This document shows, one piece after another, positions 10,252 to 18,718 of a stretch of 32,000 nucleotides of DNA. The DNA comes from Verrucomicrobia bacterium UBA3869 (GTDB lineage Bacteria; Verrucomicrobiota; Verrucomicrobiia; Opitutales; UBA9783). Within the stretch, counting starts at the first letter, position 1; each line of letters starts with the position of its first letter. The stretch lies in NCBI GenBank assembly GCA_002392285.1, contig DGGR01000022.1, positions 24,712 through 56,711 of the forward strand, in the 5' to 3' direction. A program made the position numbers and the translations under genes. Under the pieces are notes generated by a model. The model was not told where the DNA came from. It did no database searches and saw nothing but the letters and a program-made list of their open reading frames with translations.

Positions 10252-11184
10252 TTACGCGTTTAAAACGTCAGGAGCTGCAGCGCTTTTAATGCACAAACGA
10301 GCTTCCGTGCGCTTGGCTAATCCTGCGAGGACATTGCCTGGACCGCATTCAAATCCTACATCAAATTCCAAGGTACTAAGATAGCGCAAACAGGCCTCCA
10401 CTTGAATCGTTTGCGTTACTTGCGTCACGAGTGCTTTGCGAATAGCTTCTGGATCAGAAATGGGCTTGCCCGTTGTGTTGGAAATGACCGGAATGATTGG
10501 CGCTTTAAACGGAATGGGGGCTAAAAACTCCTCAAATCCCTTGCGGGCAGATTGCATCCACCGAGAATGATAACCTCCAGCGGTTTTTAAGAGAATTGCA
10601 CGCTTAAAACCACGTTCTTCCGCTACGAACTGTGCCTTTTGTAGGTCTTCCAATAACCCTGATACAGCGGTTTGACCTGGACAATTGCGATTGGCGATAT
10701 CTAAATTAAAATCGGCGCATAGCTGTTGCAATTGAGCTTCGGTTCCTCCAATCATAGCCAACATGCCGGTCGAGTGCTCCCCGCAGGCGATTTGCATCAA
10801 TCGGCTTCGTTCAGCAACAATCCGCAATCCGGTTTCAAAATCCCATACGCCGGCACTCGCATAAGCGGTTACTACCCCTAAACTGATGCCGGTTGCAGCT
10901 ACTACCGTATGCTTTTGCTTGAGCTGCTCCGCAATCGCATAACCCATAACGTACAACGCGGGTTGGCAAATGTACGTCTCTTGGAGCTTATCTGCAGGGC
11001 CGTTAAAACAGAGATCGCTCAGATTGTATTGGAATTGACAGTGGGATTTTAACACCTGATCCGCTTGATCGAAAAATGACCGCACAGAAGCGTTGGATTG
11101 GTACCATTCTTGCCCCATCCCAACAGCTTGTGCACCTTGTCCCGGAAACAATAACGCTACGTTCATACGCGGGTGGAAATCCAA
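10252..11184 (-). CDS. fabD: Malonyl CoA-ACP transacylase
   Basis: Motifs seen: FPGQGAQ, the nucleophile elbow G-I-S-L-G (usually GHSLG), RSRLMQ and GGYHS. Confidence 0.85.
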   Translation of the reverse strand: MDFHPRMNVALLFPGQGAQAVGMGQEWYQSNASVRSFFDQADQVLKSHCQFQYNLSDLCFNGPADKLQETYICQPALYVMGYAIAEQLKQKHTVVAATGISLGVVTAYASAGVWDFETGLRIVAERSRLMQIACGEHSTGMLAMIGGTEAQLQQLCADFNLDIANRNCPGQTAVSGLLEDLQKAQFVAEERGFKRAILLKTAGGYHSRWMQSARKGFEEFLAPIPFKAPIIPVISNTTGKPISDPEAIRKALVTQVTQTIQVEACLRYLSTLEFDVGFECGPGNVLAGLAKRTEARLCIKSAAAPDVLNA

Positions 11185-11186
11185 TC

Positions 11187-12413
11187 TTAGAGCTGAGCTA
11201 AATGCGGAATTCCATTTTCAAAAGCTTCAGCAACTTCCCCTTTGATTAACGGCGCTGCATACTTAACCATGGAGTAGTTAACCGATAACCCATCAGCTGT
11301 AATCCAGTCGACTGGGAAGAATTTTGTTCCGTTTTCCATATCTTTGAGCGGAACAAAGTCGATGTTGTATAAAGTATCTTTGCGGTTTCCTTTTACTAAG
11401 ATAGCTGCCTTTCCACTGACTCCATCCATCAAGGCTTTTATGGTTTCGGCTCCGCAGTTAACCGCATTGTCTTGGTCTTGCTTCGAAATAAAGTGCGATA
11501 AGGGTTGGGTGTATAAGTTACATTGAGTCCCATAGGTTACCAATTTAAGATTGTCCTGAATGAGGTACTCGAGGTAGGTCTTTACCGAGCCATAATGTTG
11601 GATATCTAACGGTTGACCATCCGCATCAATCAATTGAGAGCTGGTAACAATCGTCAGCGGGGTGTTAGGATGGCGCTTGGCGCGTATTTTATCCAAAAAT
11701 GTTGCGCTTTCAAATGGTTGCTCCGGTAAGCATACCACATAAGGCAACTCATTCATATTGCTCGTTTTGCTGGATTTGATTTGCGATAGAATCGTACCGG
11801 CTGGAATCCAACCATTTTTGCACCCATCAATTTCAAAAATTCCAACAGTGATGCGCTCTTCCGCCAACATCTTATTGAACGAAATCAGGCTGGCGTTTAA
11901 AAATTTTAGAACACTGCCGTAACCGAGGCTATAATCCGTAATGGGTAGGTCATTGTGGTTTGATTGAGGGGCGACCAATACCTGCAGGGGATAGTGAGCT
12001 GCTTCGGCTGCTTGCACTAATTGTCGGCTCCAGATAATCGAACTTTGATTGCCAATAACCGCAACCCATTTAATGTTGTTGTTCGATAAATTTTCGACCA
12101 TTTGATGAAAAACTTCATCGTTGGGTACAAATCCATCGCTTTCATGCCTTAAGGCATAGCCAGCGGTAGAAAGGAGGTTTTGGACCGTTTTTTGCGGCAA
12201 ATCGGCTAATGGGATCCAATGGGAACTAGCTATTCCTTCGAACCCATCATAAGCTCCATAAATCTCTTCGATCACTTCATGCTGCAATGCTTCATTCAGT
12301 AAACCGTAGAGGATGGAATTGCCAACCACACCCGACATACCTGATTGTAAAATAAGTAAATTTCCAGATTCCATGTATTTATAGACTATGCAATAAAGAG
12401 CGCCGTTTTTCAA
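11187..12413 (-). CDS. Phosphofructokinase-family protein with degenerate active-site motifs (probable non-catalytic paralog)
   Basis: PFK fold landmarks are visible (IYGAYDGFEGI, VAVIGNQSS, PQSNHNDLPITDYSLGYGS), but key residues are replaced. The likely start is the Met at 12374 (MESGNLLIL...). There is a 2-nt gap (11185-11186) before fabD. Confidence 0.6.
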   Translation of the reverse strand: MKNGALYCIVYKYMESGNLLILQSGMSGVVGNSILYGLLNEALQHEVIEEIYGAYDGFEGIASSHWIPLADLPQKTVQNLLSTAGYALRHESDGFVPNDEVFHQMVENLSNNNIKWVAVIGNQSSIIWSRQLVQAAEAAHYPLQVLVAPQSNHNDLPITDYSLGYGSVLKFLNASLISFNKMLAEERITVGIFEIDGCKNGWIPAGTILSQIKSSKTSNMNELPYVVCLPEQPFESATFLDKIRAKRHPNTPLTIVTSSQLIDADGQPLDIQHYGSVKTYLEYLIQDNLKLVTYGTQCNLYTQPLSHFISKQDQDNAVNCGAETIKALMDGVSGKAAILVKGNRKDTLYNIDFVPLKDMENGTKFFPVDWITADGLSVNYSMVKYAAPLIKGEVAEAFENGIPHLAQL

Positions 12414-12499
12414 ATTTTTTATGAAAAAACTTGCGTTTTATTTTTAAACGTATTTGCGAACTGCCTTAACTAAATAAGCTTAGGTAAATGCAGAAAAGC

Positions 12500-12576
12500 T
12501 GGCGCACCTTAAGGGATTCGAACCCCCAACCTTCTGATTCGTAGTCAGATGCTCTATCCAATTAAGCTAAAGGTGC
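12500..12576 (-). tRNA. tRNA-Arg (anticodon ACG), CCA encoded
   Basis: The reverse complement is GCACCTT-TA-GCTT..GAGC-A-TCTGA-CTACGAA-TCAGA-AGGTT-GGGGG-TTCGAAT-CCCTT-AAGGTGC-G-CCA. It folds as a full cloverleaf by hand. Confidence 0.9.
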
Positions 12577-12672
12577 TTGTTAAGCAATGACTTACTTGAT
12601 AATTTATCAAAAGTGAGCCTAGATATTTGTCAATTCAAAAGCATAGTGTTCTTATTTTTCCATTAATTTTGA

Positions 12673-13326
12673 ATGAGCCCAGATTCATTTATTATCTACG
12701 CGTTGGACTTTGAAGGCAGCTTAACGACTGGGGTCTTGGAATACGGCTGGGTCGGAATTGATTCTCAACGGGGGATTTTTACCGCAACAACCGGGTTTTG
12801 TAAGAATAAAAAGCATATCCCAGAGCAGGATTTTAAGGTGCACCAAATTAAAGCGCAGCGTTTGGTAAACTGTCCGGATTTTGCTGGAATTGTTCCACAA
12901 TTGGTAGCCCTGCGTAAACATTATTTTTTTTGTGCGCATAATGCGATTTTTGAGCATATACTCCTGAGTTCGTACGTCCCCATTGTGTTTTCGGGCAAGC
13001 AACTTCCTGAGTCCCCATCCAACCAATGGGGACCGTGGGTCGATACCTATGTTTTGTATAAAAATGCTGTGAATCAGCCATCGTATAACCTGCAGGATTT
13101 AGTGCAAGCGATGGGATTACAGGAGGTATTAAATGCCTTAGGGGAGCGCTTTTGCCCTGCTGACCGTCGCTATTACCATTGCGCTTTGTTCGATGCCTTG
13201 GGATGCGCGCTTTTAGCATTACATTTCATTCGCGAGCATCCTGAAATGACTTTGTTTGCTTTGCTGCGTGCGAGTGGTTCAGCGGAGCATGCAGATTCGA
13301 TGGCTCAATTGAGGTTGTTTCGGTAA
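12673..13326 (+). CDS. DnaQ-like 3'-5' exonuclease (DEDDh family)
   Basis: Exo I is ALDFEG, Exo II is FFCAHNAIFE and Exo III is YHCALFDAL. Confidence 0.75.
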   Translation: MSPDSFIIYALDFEGSLTTGVLEYGWVGIDSQRGIFTATTGFCKNKKHIPEQDFKVHQIKAQRLVNCPDFAGIVPQLVALRKHYFFCAHNAIFEHILLSSYVPIVFSGKQLPESPSNQWGPWVDTYVLYKNAVNQPSYNLQDLVQAMGLQEVLNALGERFCPADRRYYHCALFDALGCALLALHFIREHPEMTLFALLRASGSAEHADSMAQLRLFR

Positions 13327-13816
13327 GCGTAGCGACCTGTAAAGTGCAGGTGAATTGTAATCCTTGATTACACAGCCCATTGCGTTGGAAGGTGCATTGT
13401 TGAATCCAAATGGGTAAGTTGGAATGTGCGAGCGCTTCCAATAAGGGATAGCAGTCGCCATGAAGTACGAAACCCTTGAGGGTCACTGGATGGCGAAAAA
13501 CTCCTGGTCGAAGGGGATCGGGTATAGGAGCTCCCCATTGAAATTCTTGCAGGAGTACAGCCTTAAATAGGGTTTTTAATGCCTGCTGGGATTGTTGAAG
13601 CTGCGTGTAGGATTTCCAAGGAAAGACTTTTTTCTGATAACGGGTGTTGATGGCGTCCAATTTAGCAGGGGTAGAGGCCATAACCAACTGGGTTGAGTTT
13701 AAACGATGGATGCGAATCCACTTGCTTAAACTGCTACCTATAAGCCATAGGTTGATAAGAACGAGCAAGATGATGGAGATCAATTTTTTCATTTGTTTTC
13801 GACTGAAATTTTCCAA
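13226..13816 (-). CDS. Bitopic membrane protein, GspM/PilO-like (tentative)
   Basis: It has an N-terminal TM helix (LISIILLVLINLWLIGSSL). The periplasmic part shows the alternating pattern PVTLKGFVLHGDCYPLLEALAHSNLPIWIQQCTFQR...LQFTCTLQVATL, typical of GspM/PilO ferredoxin-like domains. It is translationally coupled (28-nt overlap) to the upstream gene. Coding status is likely; the function is inferred from architecture only. Confidence 0.3.
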   Translation of the reverse strand: MENFSRKQMKKLISIILLVLINLWLIGSSLSKWIRIHRLNSTQLVMASTPAKLDAINTRYQKKVFPWKSYTQLQQSQQALKTLFKAVLLQEFQWGAPIPDPLRPGVFRHPVTLKGFVLHGDCYPLLEALAHSNLPIWIQQCTFQRNGLCNQGLQFTCTLQVATLTETTSIEPSNLHAPLNHSHAAKQTKSFQDARE

Positions 13817-15213
13817 GTAAATTCATGGCCAATGGGATGCAAGGGCTTGAGAATCAACAAAGGGGGGGTATTAGCGCCGCCGCTTGGCTTTAAGGATTTT
13901 TTGAAATTTTGCTTATCCATTAAGGTTCGCCCTTTAACGATCATTTGGGATGTTTTTGCATTCCAAGAGAGATGGTCAATGCGCGTGTTCGAGGATAGGG
14001 GTTGTAAGCGATGGAGGTAATGAAGGTAGGTTTTGGGTAAGGCCGTACGGGATTTGTTGTCGGCCTCTATTTGCTTTATATGAGCCTTTAGATCTTGCGT
14101 TTGCTGTTGATACTGCTTCAGTAGCGCAACCTGTTGCCCTTGATGGCTAAGTTCGTGGCTCAATAGGGTATGTAGGAGCAGCAACAAAAAGAACAGCGCT
14201 AGATTGGCTATTAAAAGCTTACGTCCAAATTTACTTAGGATGGATTCGACCCAATGCGGAAGTTTTAGGTTTCGTAATGGGTTTTTGAGCGCAGGATCGG
14301 TAAAATTCAATGGCAAAAGCTCCGCGGAGGTATTTGTGGATGATAGGTAGTGCAAAATACCGCTGTAAATCACTTGATTATCGATCGGGAGTTGATCGCC
14401 TGAGAGTTCAGGAACCTCATCGATGAGGCGATACCGAGCATCGTTTTGGCATAATTGTTGTAGTTCGGGATGTAAAGTACCGACGAGGGTAATGCATCGA
14501 GAATGAGCATTTTGGGGATAGGATGAGATGAGTTGGGGAATTAATCGATGCGCATGGGGTTGCGTTGTATAAAAATCCACTAGGTCGATGGATTGCGGTG
14601 CTTTGTACAATAAACGGTAGCGGTGGGGTTCCATGAACAGGGTGATGGAAGCCGATTCATACGTATCCAACGTATTAAAGTAATTTAGGTGCCCAGTTAA
14701 TGATGTTAGGCAGTAAGTGGGATTAAAGGTTTTATAGAGGTAACGTAAATCGTGCTTTCGAATGAGTTGCACGCAATATTGTCGCTCATTCAATTGCGTA
14801 TAGGTGTAACAATAGGAACGTAGCTTGAGCCTAAAGTGATTCCAGAGGTAGCGATGCAGTTGTTGAATCAACGTAAAACGTCCATCGGATGGAAGCTCTA
14901 AAAAGAAGCACAGTCCCATTTCATCCGGAATAATCAATACCCTAGGAATGGAAGAGAACTGGGGGTTTAAGGCCTTCGCGACCGCCGGAACTTGCTGTTT
15001 CCATGCCTTAAGGGGAAGAGGTTCCGAATAAGTATGGACCGTTAACGTTTGTTGATTAAATAGTAATACAGCCTGTAACTGGGTGCGATGGCTATCAATA
15101 ATTAATAATTTATCCAGACACTCTACCTTTACTGAAAAATATTTCTTAATAAAGTAAAATGACTGATTGCGGAAGGGGCAATGCTTAAAGTTTATAAGGT
15201 TGCCTATGCCCAT
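13789..15213 (-). CDS. Bitopic membrane protein with GspL-like (PilM-PilN fusion-like) architecture (tentative)
   Basis: It has a cytoplasmic domain of about 330 aa and one TM helix (LLIANLALFFLLLLLHTLLS, nt 14158-14220). A coiled-coil stretch follows (QVALLKQYQQQTQDLKAHIKQIEADNK), then a small periplasmic domain (RIDHLSWNAKTSQMIVKGRTL...). The call rests on architecture; no sequence search was possible. Confidence 0.35.
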   Translation of the reverse strand: MGIGNLINFKHCPFRNQSFYFIKKYFSVKVECLDKLLIIDSHRTQLQAVLLFNQQTLTVHTYSEPLPLKAWKQQVPAVAKALNPQFSSIPRVLIIPDEMGLCFFLELPSDGRFTLIQQLHRYLWNHFRLKLRSYCYTYTQLNERQYCVQLIRKHDLRYLYKTFNPTYCLTSLTGHLNYFNTLDTYESASITLFMEPHRYRLLYKAPQSIDLVDFYTTQPHAHRLIPQLISSYPQNAHSRCITLVGTLHPELQQLCQNDARYRLIDEVPELSGDQLPIDNQVIYSGILHYLSSTNTSAELLPLNFTDPALKNPLRNLKLPHWVESILSKFGRKLLIANLALFFLLLLLHTLLSHELSHQGQQVALLKQYQQQTQDLKAHIKQIEADNKSRTALPKTYLHYLHRLQPLSSNTRIDHLSWNAKTSQMIVKGRTLMDKQNFKKSLKPSGGANTPPLLILKPLHPIGHEFTWKISVENK

Positions 15214-15271
15214 CAGATGGTTTAGAAGCTTTAAGAGAATATCTTTATTTATTGAGTGATTTCATGCACCT

Positions 15272-16726
15272 ATGGACCCTCTAACCGCTAACCAATCAGT
15301 TAAAGATTTTGATTTAAAACCGAAAGACTTATGTGCGTATTTGGATCGCTATGTTGTCAAGCAAACAGAGGCTAAAAAAGTACTGTCCGTAGCGATTTGT
15401 GATCACTATAATCATGTGCGTCAATGCTTACAGTACCCGGATAGGCAGGATCGGCTGTACTATAAACAAAACATCTTGGTTTTAGGTCCAACGGGGGTTG
15501 GAAAAACGTATTTGATCCGTAATATCGCTAAGCGTATTGGCGTTCCGTTTTTAAAAGCAGATGCCACGAAGTTTTCAGAAACCGGCTATATGGGTGGTGA
15601 TGTTGAAGATTTGGTGCGGGATTTAGTGAAAAGCGCTAATGGTGATGTAGATTGGGCGCAATATGGTATTATTTACGTCGATGAGGTTGATAAGATTGCA
15701 TCCACCCCGACGCAAGGTAAGGATGTTTCTGGGCGTGGAGTCCAGGTCAATTTGTTGAAGTTGATGGAGGATACCGATGTAAATTTGGTGACTCCGACCG
15801 ATATGCTGGGTCAGATGCAAGCGATGATGGCCATGCAACGCGGTGATACACCCCGCAAAACAGTCATCAATACCCGCCATATCTTGTTTATTTTCAGTGG
15901 AGCGTTCGATAAATTGTCTGAAATCATTGAGCGTCGTTTAAATCAAGGAACCATTGGCTTTGGTGCATCGCAAGACGCTACTCATGAAACCAATAGCTTA
16001 CATCAGGCGATTACCCAGGATTTTATCCAATACGGCTTTGAGCCAGAATTTATCGGTCGTATTCCAACGCGTGTGACTTGCGAACCATTGAACAAGCAGG
16101 ATTTGGCGCGCATCCTGACCGATACCGAATGTTCCATTTTGAAACAAGCACAGGAAGCATTCGAAGGCTATAACATCAACATGGAGATTACCCGTGAAGC
16201 CATTAATGAGATTGCGGCGCGTGCAGAGGCGGAAAAGACAGGAGCGCGCGGCTTAATGACGATTTTTGAACGGATTTTGCGCCATTTTAAGTTTGAACTT
16301 CCTTCGTCGGGTATTCATTTTTTTGAGGTTAATACGGATACCGTAGCTGATCCTGACAAGGCCTTAAAAGATCTGTTATTAACCCATTTGACTCAAGGAC
16401 AAGAGGAGCGATTGGCGGCCATTCATGCTTATGAACAGGAGTTTTTGGAAAAGCATGGGTTAAAAATTCAATTTTCGAACGATGGGATTCAGGAAATAAT
16501 TAAGCAGAGTATTGATCAGGATAAGTCTATAGCGGATTTATGCCATAACCTGTTTCAGGATTTGGGTTATGGACTGAAATTGATGTTTCCTAATGGAACC
16601 AATAAGCCGTTTGTCATTGATGCATCGCTGGTTTTGAATCCGCAAAAAACATTGTCAGGCTTGATTCAAAAAAATTATCAAGCCACTAAGCAGGAGCCTA
16701 CAGACCCTAAAAACGCTAAACATTAA
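15272..16726 (+). CDS. ClpX-like AAA+ unfoldase lacking the N-terminal zinc-binding domain, with extended C-terminus
   Basis: Motifs seen: YLDRYVVKQTEAKKVLSVAICDHY, Walker A GPTGVGKT, pore loop GYMG, Walker B IIYVDEVDKI, DVSGRGVQVNLLKLMED, the IGF loop GTIGFGAS (nt 15953-15961) and sensor KTGARGL. No CxxC pairs occur at the N-terminus. Confidence 0.8.
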   Translation: MDPLTANQSVKDFDLKPKDLCAYLDRYVVKQTEAKKVLSVAICDHYNHVRQCLQYPDRQDRLYYKQNILVLGPTGVGKTYLIRNIAKRIGVPFLKADATKFSETGYMGGDVEDLVRDLVKSANGDVDWAQYGIIYVDEVDKIASTPTQGKDVSGRGVQVNLLKLMEDTDVNLVTPTDMLGQMQAMMAMQRGDTPRKTVINTRHILFIFSGAFDKLSEIIERRLNQGTIGFGASQDATHETNSLHQAITQDFIQYGFEPEFIGRIPTRVTCEPLNKQDLARILTDTECSILKQAQEAFEGYNINMEITREAINEIAARAEAEKTGARGLMTIFERILRHFKFELPSSGIHFFEVNTDTVADPDKALKDLLLTHLTQGQEERLAAIHAYEQEFLEKHGLKIQFSNDGIQEIIKQSIDQDKSIADLCHNLFQDLGYGLKLMFPNGTNKPFVIDASLVLNPQKTLSGLIQKNYQATKQEPTDPKNAKH

Positions 16727-16735
16727 AGGAGAATT

Positions 16736-18718
16736 ATGGAGTTAAAAACGCTTGCAAACGAATACCGTGGGTTGTGTTTTGACATGATTGCTCAAGCAAA
16801 TTCGGGGCATCTGGGGCTTCCGTTGGGATGTGCTGAGTGCGTTGCGGTTTTGTTTGGCAAATTTTTACGCTATTTACCTAAAAATCCACGTTGGTTGAAT
16901 CGTGATCGTTTTGTATTGTCGGCAGGGCATGGCAGCCCCTTGCTTTACGCCGCTTTGTACTTAAGCGGTTACGATATTTCATTGGAGGATTTGAAAGCCT
17001 TGCGTCAAATGGGAAGCAAGGCTACCGGACACCCTGAATTTGGCATAACCCCAGGGGTTGAAACCACCACAGGGCCTTTAGGACAAGGCATTGGGAATGC
17101 AGTAGGGATAGCGTTATCGCAAAAAAAATGTGCTGCTTGGTTCAATACGCCGGATGCCCCAATCTTTGATGCTTGTACGGTATGTTTGTGCGGTGAAGGA
17201 TGCTTGCAAGAAGGAGTAGGACAGGAGAGCATTGCGTTGGCTGGCTTATGGCAATTGGATAATTTAATTTTAATATACGATTGCAACAAAGTTACGTTGG
17301 ATCGGCCGAGCGCATGTTCTCAAAACGATGATATCCAACAACGGTTTGAGTCGATTGGTTGGGATGTTTTTGAGGTAGATGGCCATGATTGCGCGGCTAT
17401 TGAAGCGCAGTTGAATCATTGTCGTTCGTTACAGGGTAAACCTAAATTGATTATTTTAAACACGGTGATTGGTTATGGCCTGAAAGTAGCAGGAACCTCC
17501 AAGGCGCATGCAGCGGAAGGGCTTAAGGATGGAGTTCAGGCAAAAGTTGCCTGGGGATTGGATCCAGAACAATCATTTTTTGTTTCTGAAGAAACGCGGC
17601 GTTTTTTTGAAAAACGCGAAGGGCAATTGCAGAAAGCGTACAATGAGTGGGCGTCGCGATTTGAAACTTGGACAGCGGCAGAACCGGATAAAGCTCGTTT
17701 ATTGGGCAGCAAACCCAGATTAAAGGTAACGGATTTCGCCATTCTTCCATTGCTCAGACGTTCGATTGAAATACGGGCTTGCATGGGTGCTTTATTGAAT
17801 GCGTATGCCCAACAAGCACCGTTGTTTTTATCAGGAAGTGCGGATGTGTTTGCTTCTACCAAAACCTATTTAATGCAAGGCGGAGATTTTGCTCCTGATA
17901 ATCTAAAAGGCAGGAATCTATTCTTTGGCGTGCGGGAACATGCGATGGGAGCCATCATGAACGGTATTGCTTATGATGGGATTTTTAACGTATGTGGTTC
18001 AGCGTTTTTGGTTTTTTCGGATTACTTAAAACCGGCGTTGCGGGTAGCAGCTATGGCGCATTTGCCGGTTTGGTATGTGTTTACGCACGATTCTGTTTCG
18101 GTTGGCGAGGATGGACCGACCCATCAGCCGGTCGAACAATTATGTGGTATACGTTCGATGCCCAATGTACGTGTGTTTCGACCTGCTGATGTGGATGAAT
18201 GCGCTGCGTGCTTACAACAAGCGTTGGATGTGCCGGAAGGCCCCAGCGTGTGGGTGGCTGCTAAACAAGAACTGCCGTACCTATCCACCGTACCCAGTCA
18301 AAACAAGTTGGAAGGGGCCTATAAGGGTGGCTATATTATTTTAAAAGAAACGGACACATTACGATGCATCCTGATTGCAACGGGAAGCGAGGTTGATTTA
18401 GCGATAAAAACAGCTCAGCAGTTGGGCACAGATATTCGTGTGGTGTCTATGCCTTGCTGCGAGGTGTTTTTGCAGCAACCTGAGGCCTATCAAGAGCGTA
18501 TTTTGCCATCCGATTGTACGTGCAGAGTAGCAATTGAAGCAGGTTCCTCTTTGCCATGGTACCGATTGGTGGGGCTCAAGGGAAAGATTATTGGAGTAGA
18601 CCAGTTCGGCAAAAGCGCGCCAGCTGGCGCGCTGCGCCAGCTTTTGGGTTTAACCCCAGAAGCATGCACTCAAACCATTCAGCAGTATTTAAGCGCTCAT
18701 CAGGGGGTAATCAAGTAG
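16736..18718 (+). CDS. tkt: Transketolase
   Basis: 660 aa. Motifs seen: SGHLG, RDRFVLSAGHGS, GHPE, GPLGQGI and THDSVSVGEDGPTHQPVEQL. Confidence 0.95.
   Translation: MELKTLANEYRGLCFDMIAQANSGHLGLPLGCAECVAVLFGKFLRYLPKNPRWLNRDRFVLSAGHGSPLLYAALYLSGYDISLEDLKALRQMGSKATGHPEFGITPGVETTTGPLGQGIGNAVGIALSQKKCAAWFNTPDAPIFDACTVCLCGEGCLQEGVGQESIALAGLWQLDNLILIYDCNKVTLDRPSACSQNDDIQQRFESIGWDVFEVDGHDCAAIEAQLNHCRSLQGKPKLIILNTVIGYGLKVAGTSKAHAAEGLKDGVQAKVAWGLDPEQSFFVSEETRRFFEKREGQLQKAYNEWASRFETWTAAEPDKARLLGSKPRLKVTDFAILPLLRRSIEIRACMGALLNAYAQQAPLFLSGSADVFASTKTYLMQGGDFAPDNLKGRNLFFGVREHAMGAIMNGIAYDGIFNVCGSAFLVFSDYLKPALRVAAMAHLPVWYVFTHDSVSVGEDGPTHQPVEQLCGIRSMPNVRVFRPADVDECAACLQQALDVPEGPSVWVAAKQELPYLSTVPSQNKLEGAYKGGYIILKETDTLRCILIATGSEVDLAIKTAQQLGTDIRVVSMPCCEVFLQQPEAYQERILPSDCTCRVAIEAGSSLPWYRLVGLKGKIIGVDQFGKSAPAGALRQLLGLTPEACTQTIQQYLSAHQGVIK

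Noticed and set aside
10252-11184. FabD nucleophile elbow reads GISLG instead of GHSLG, raising the possibility of a pseudoenzyme
   Set aside because: The Ser nucleophile, the GQGAQ oxyanion region, the Arg (RSRLMQ) and the catalytic His (GGYHS) are all retained. It is most likely an active variant.
12500-12576. tRNA-Arg (and tRNA-Gly at 27515-27589) as possible integration sites for a genomic island
   Set aside because: There is no integrase, no duplicated tRNA 3' fragment or direct repeat that I could find by eye, and the flanking genes are ordinary.
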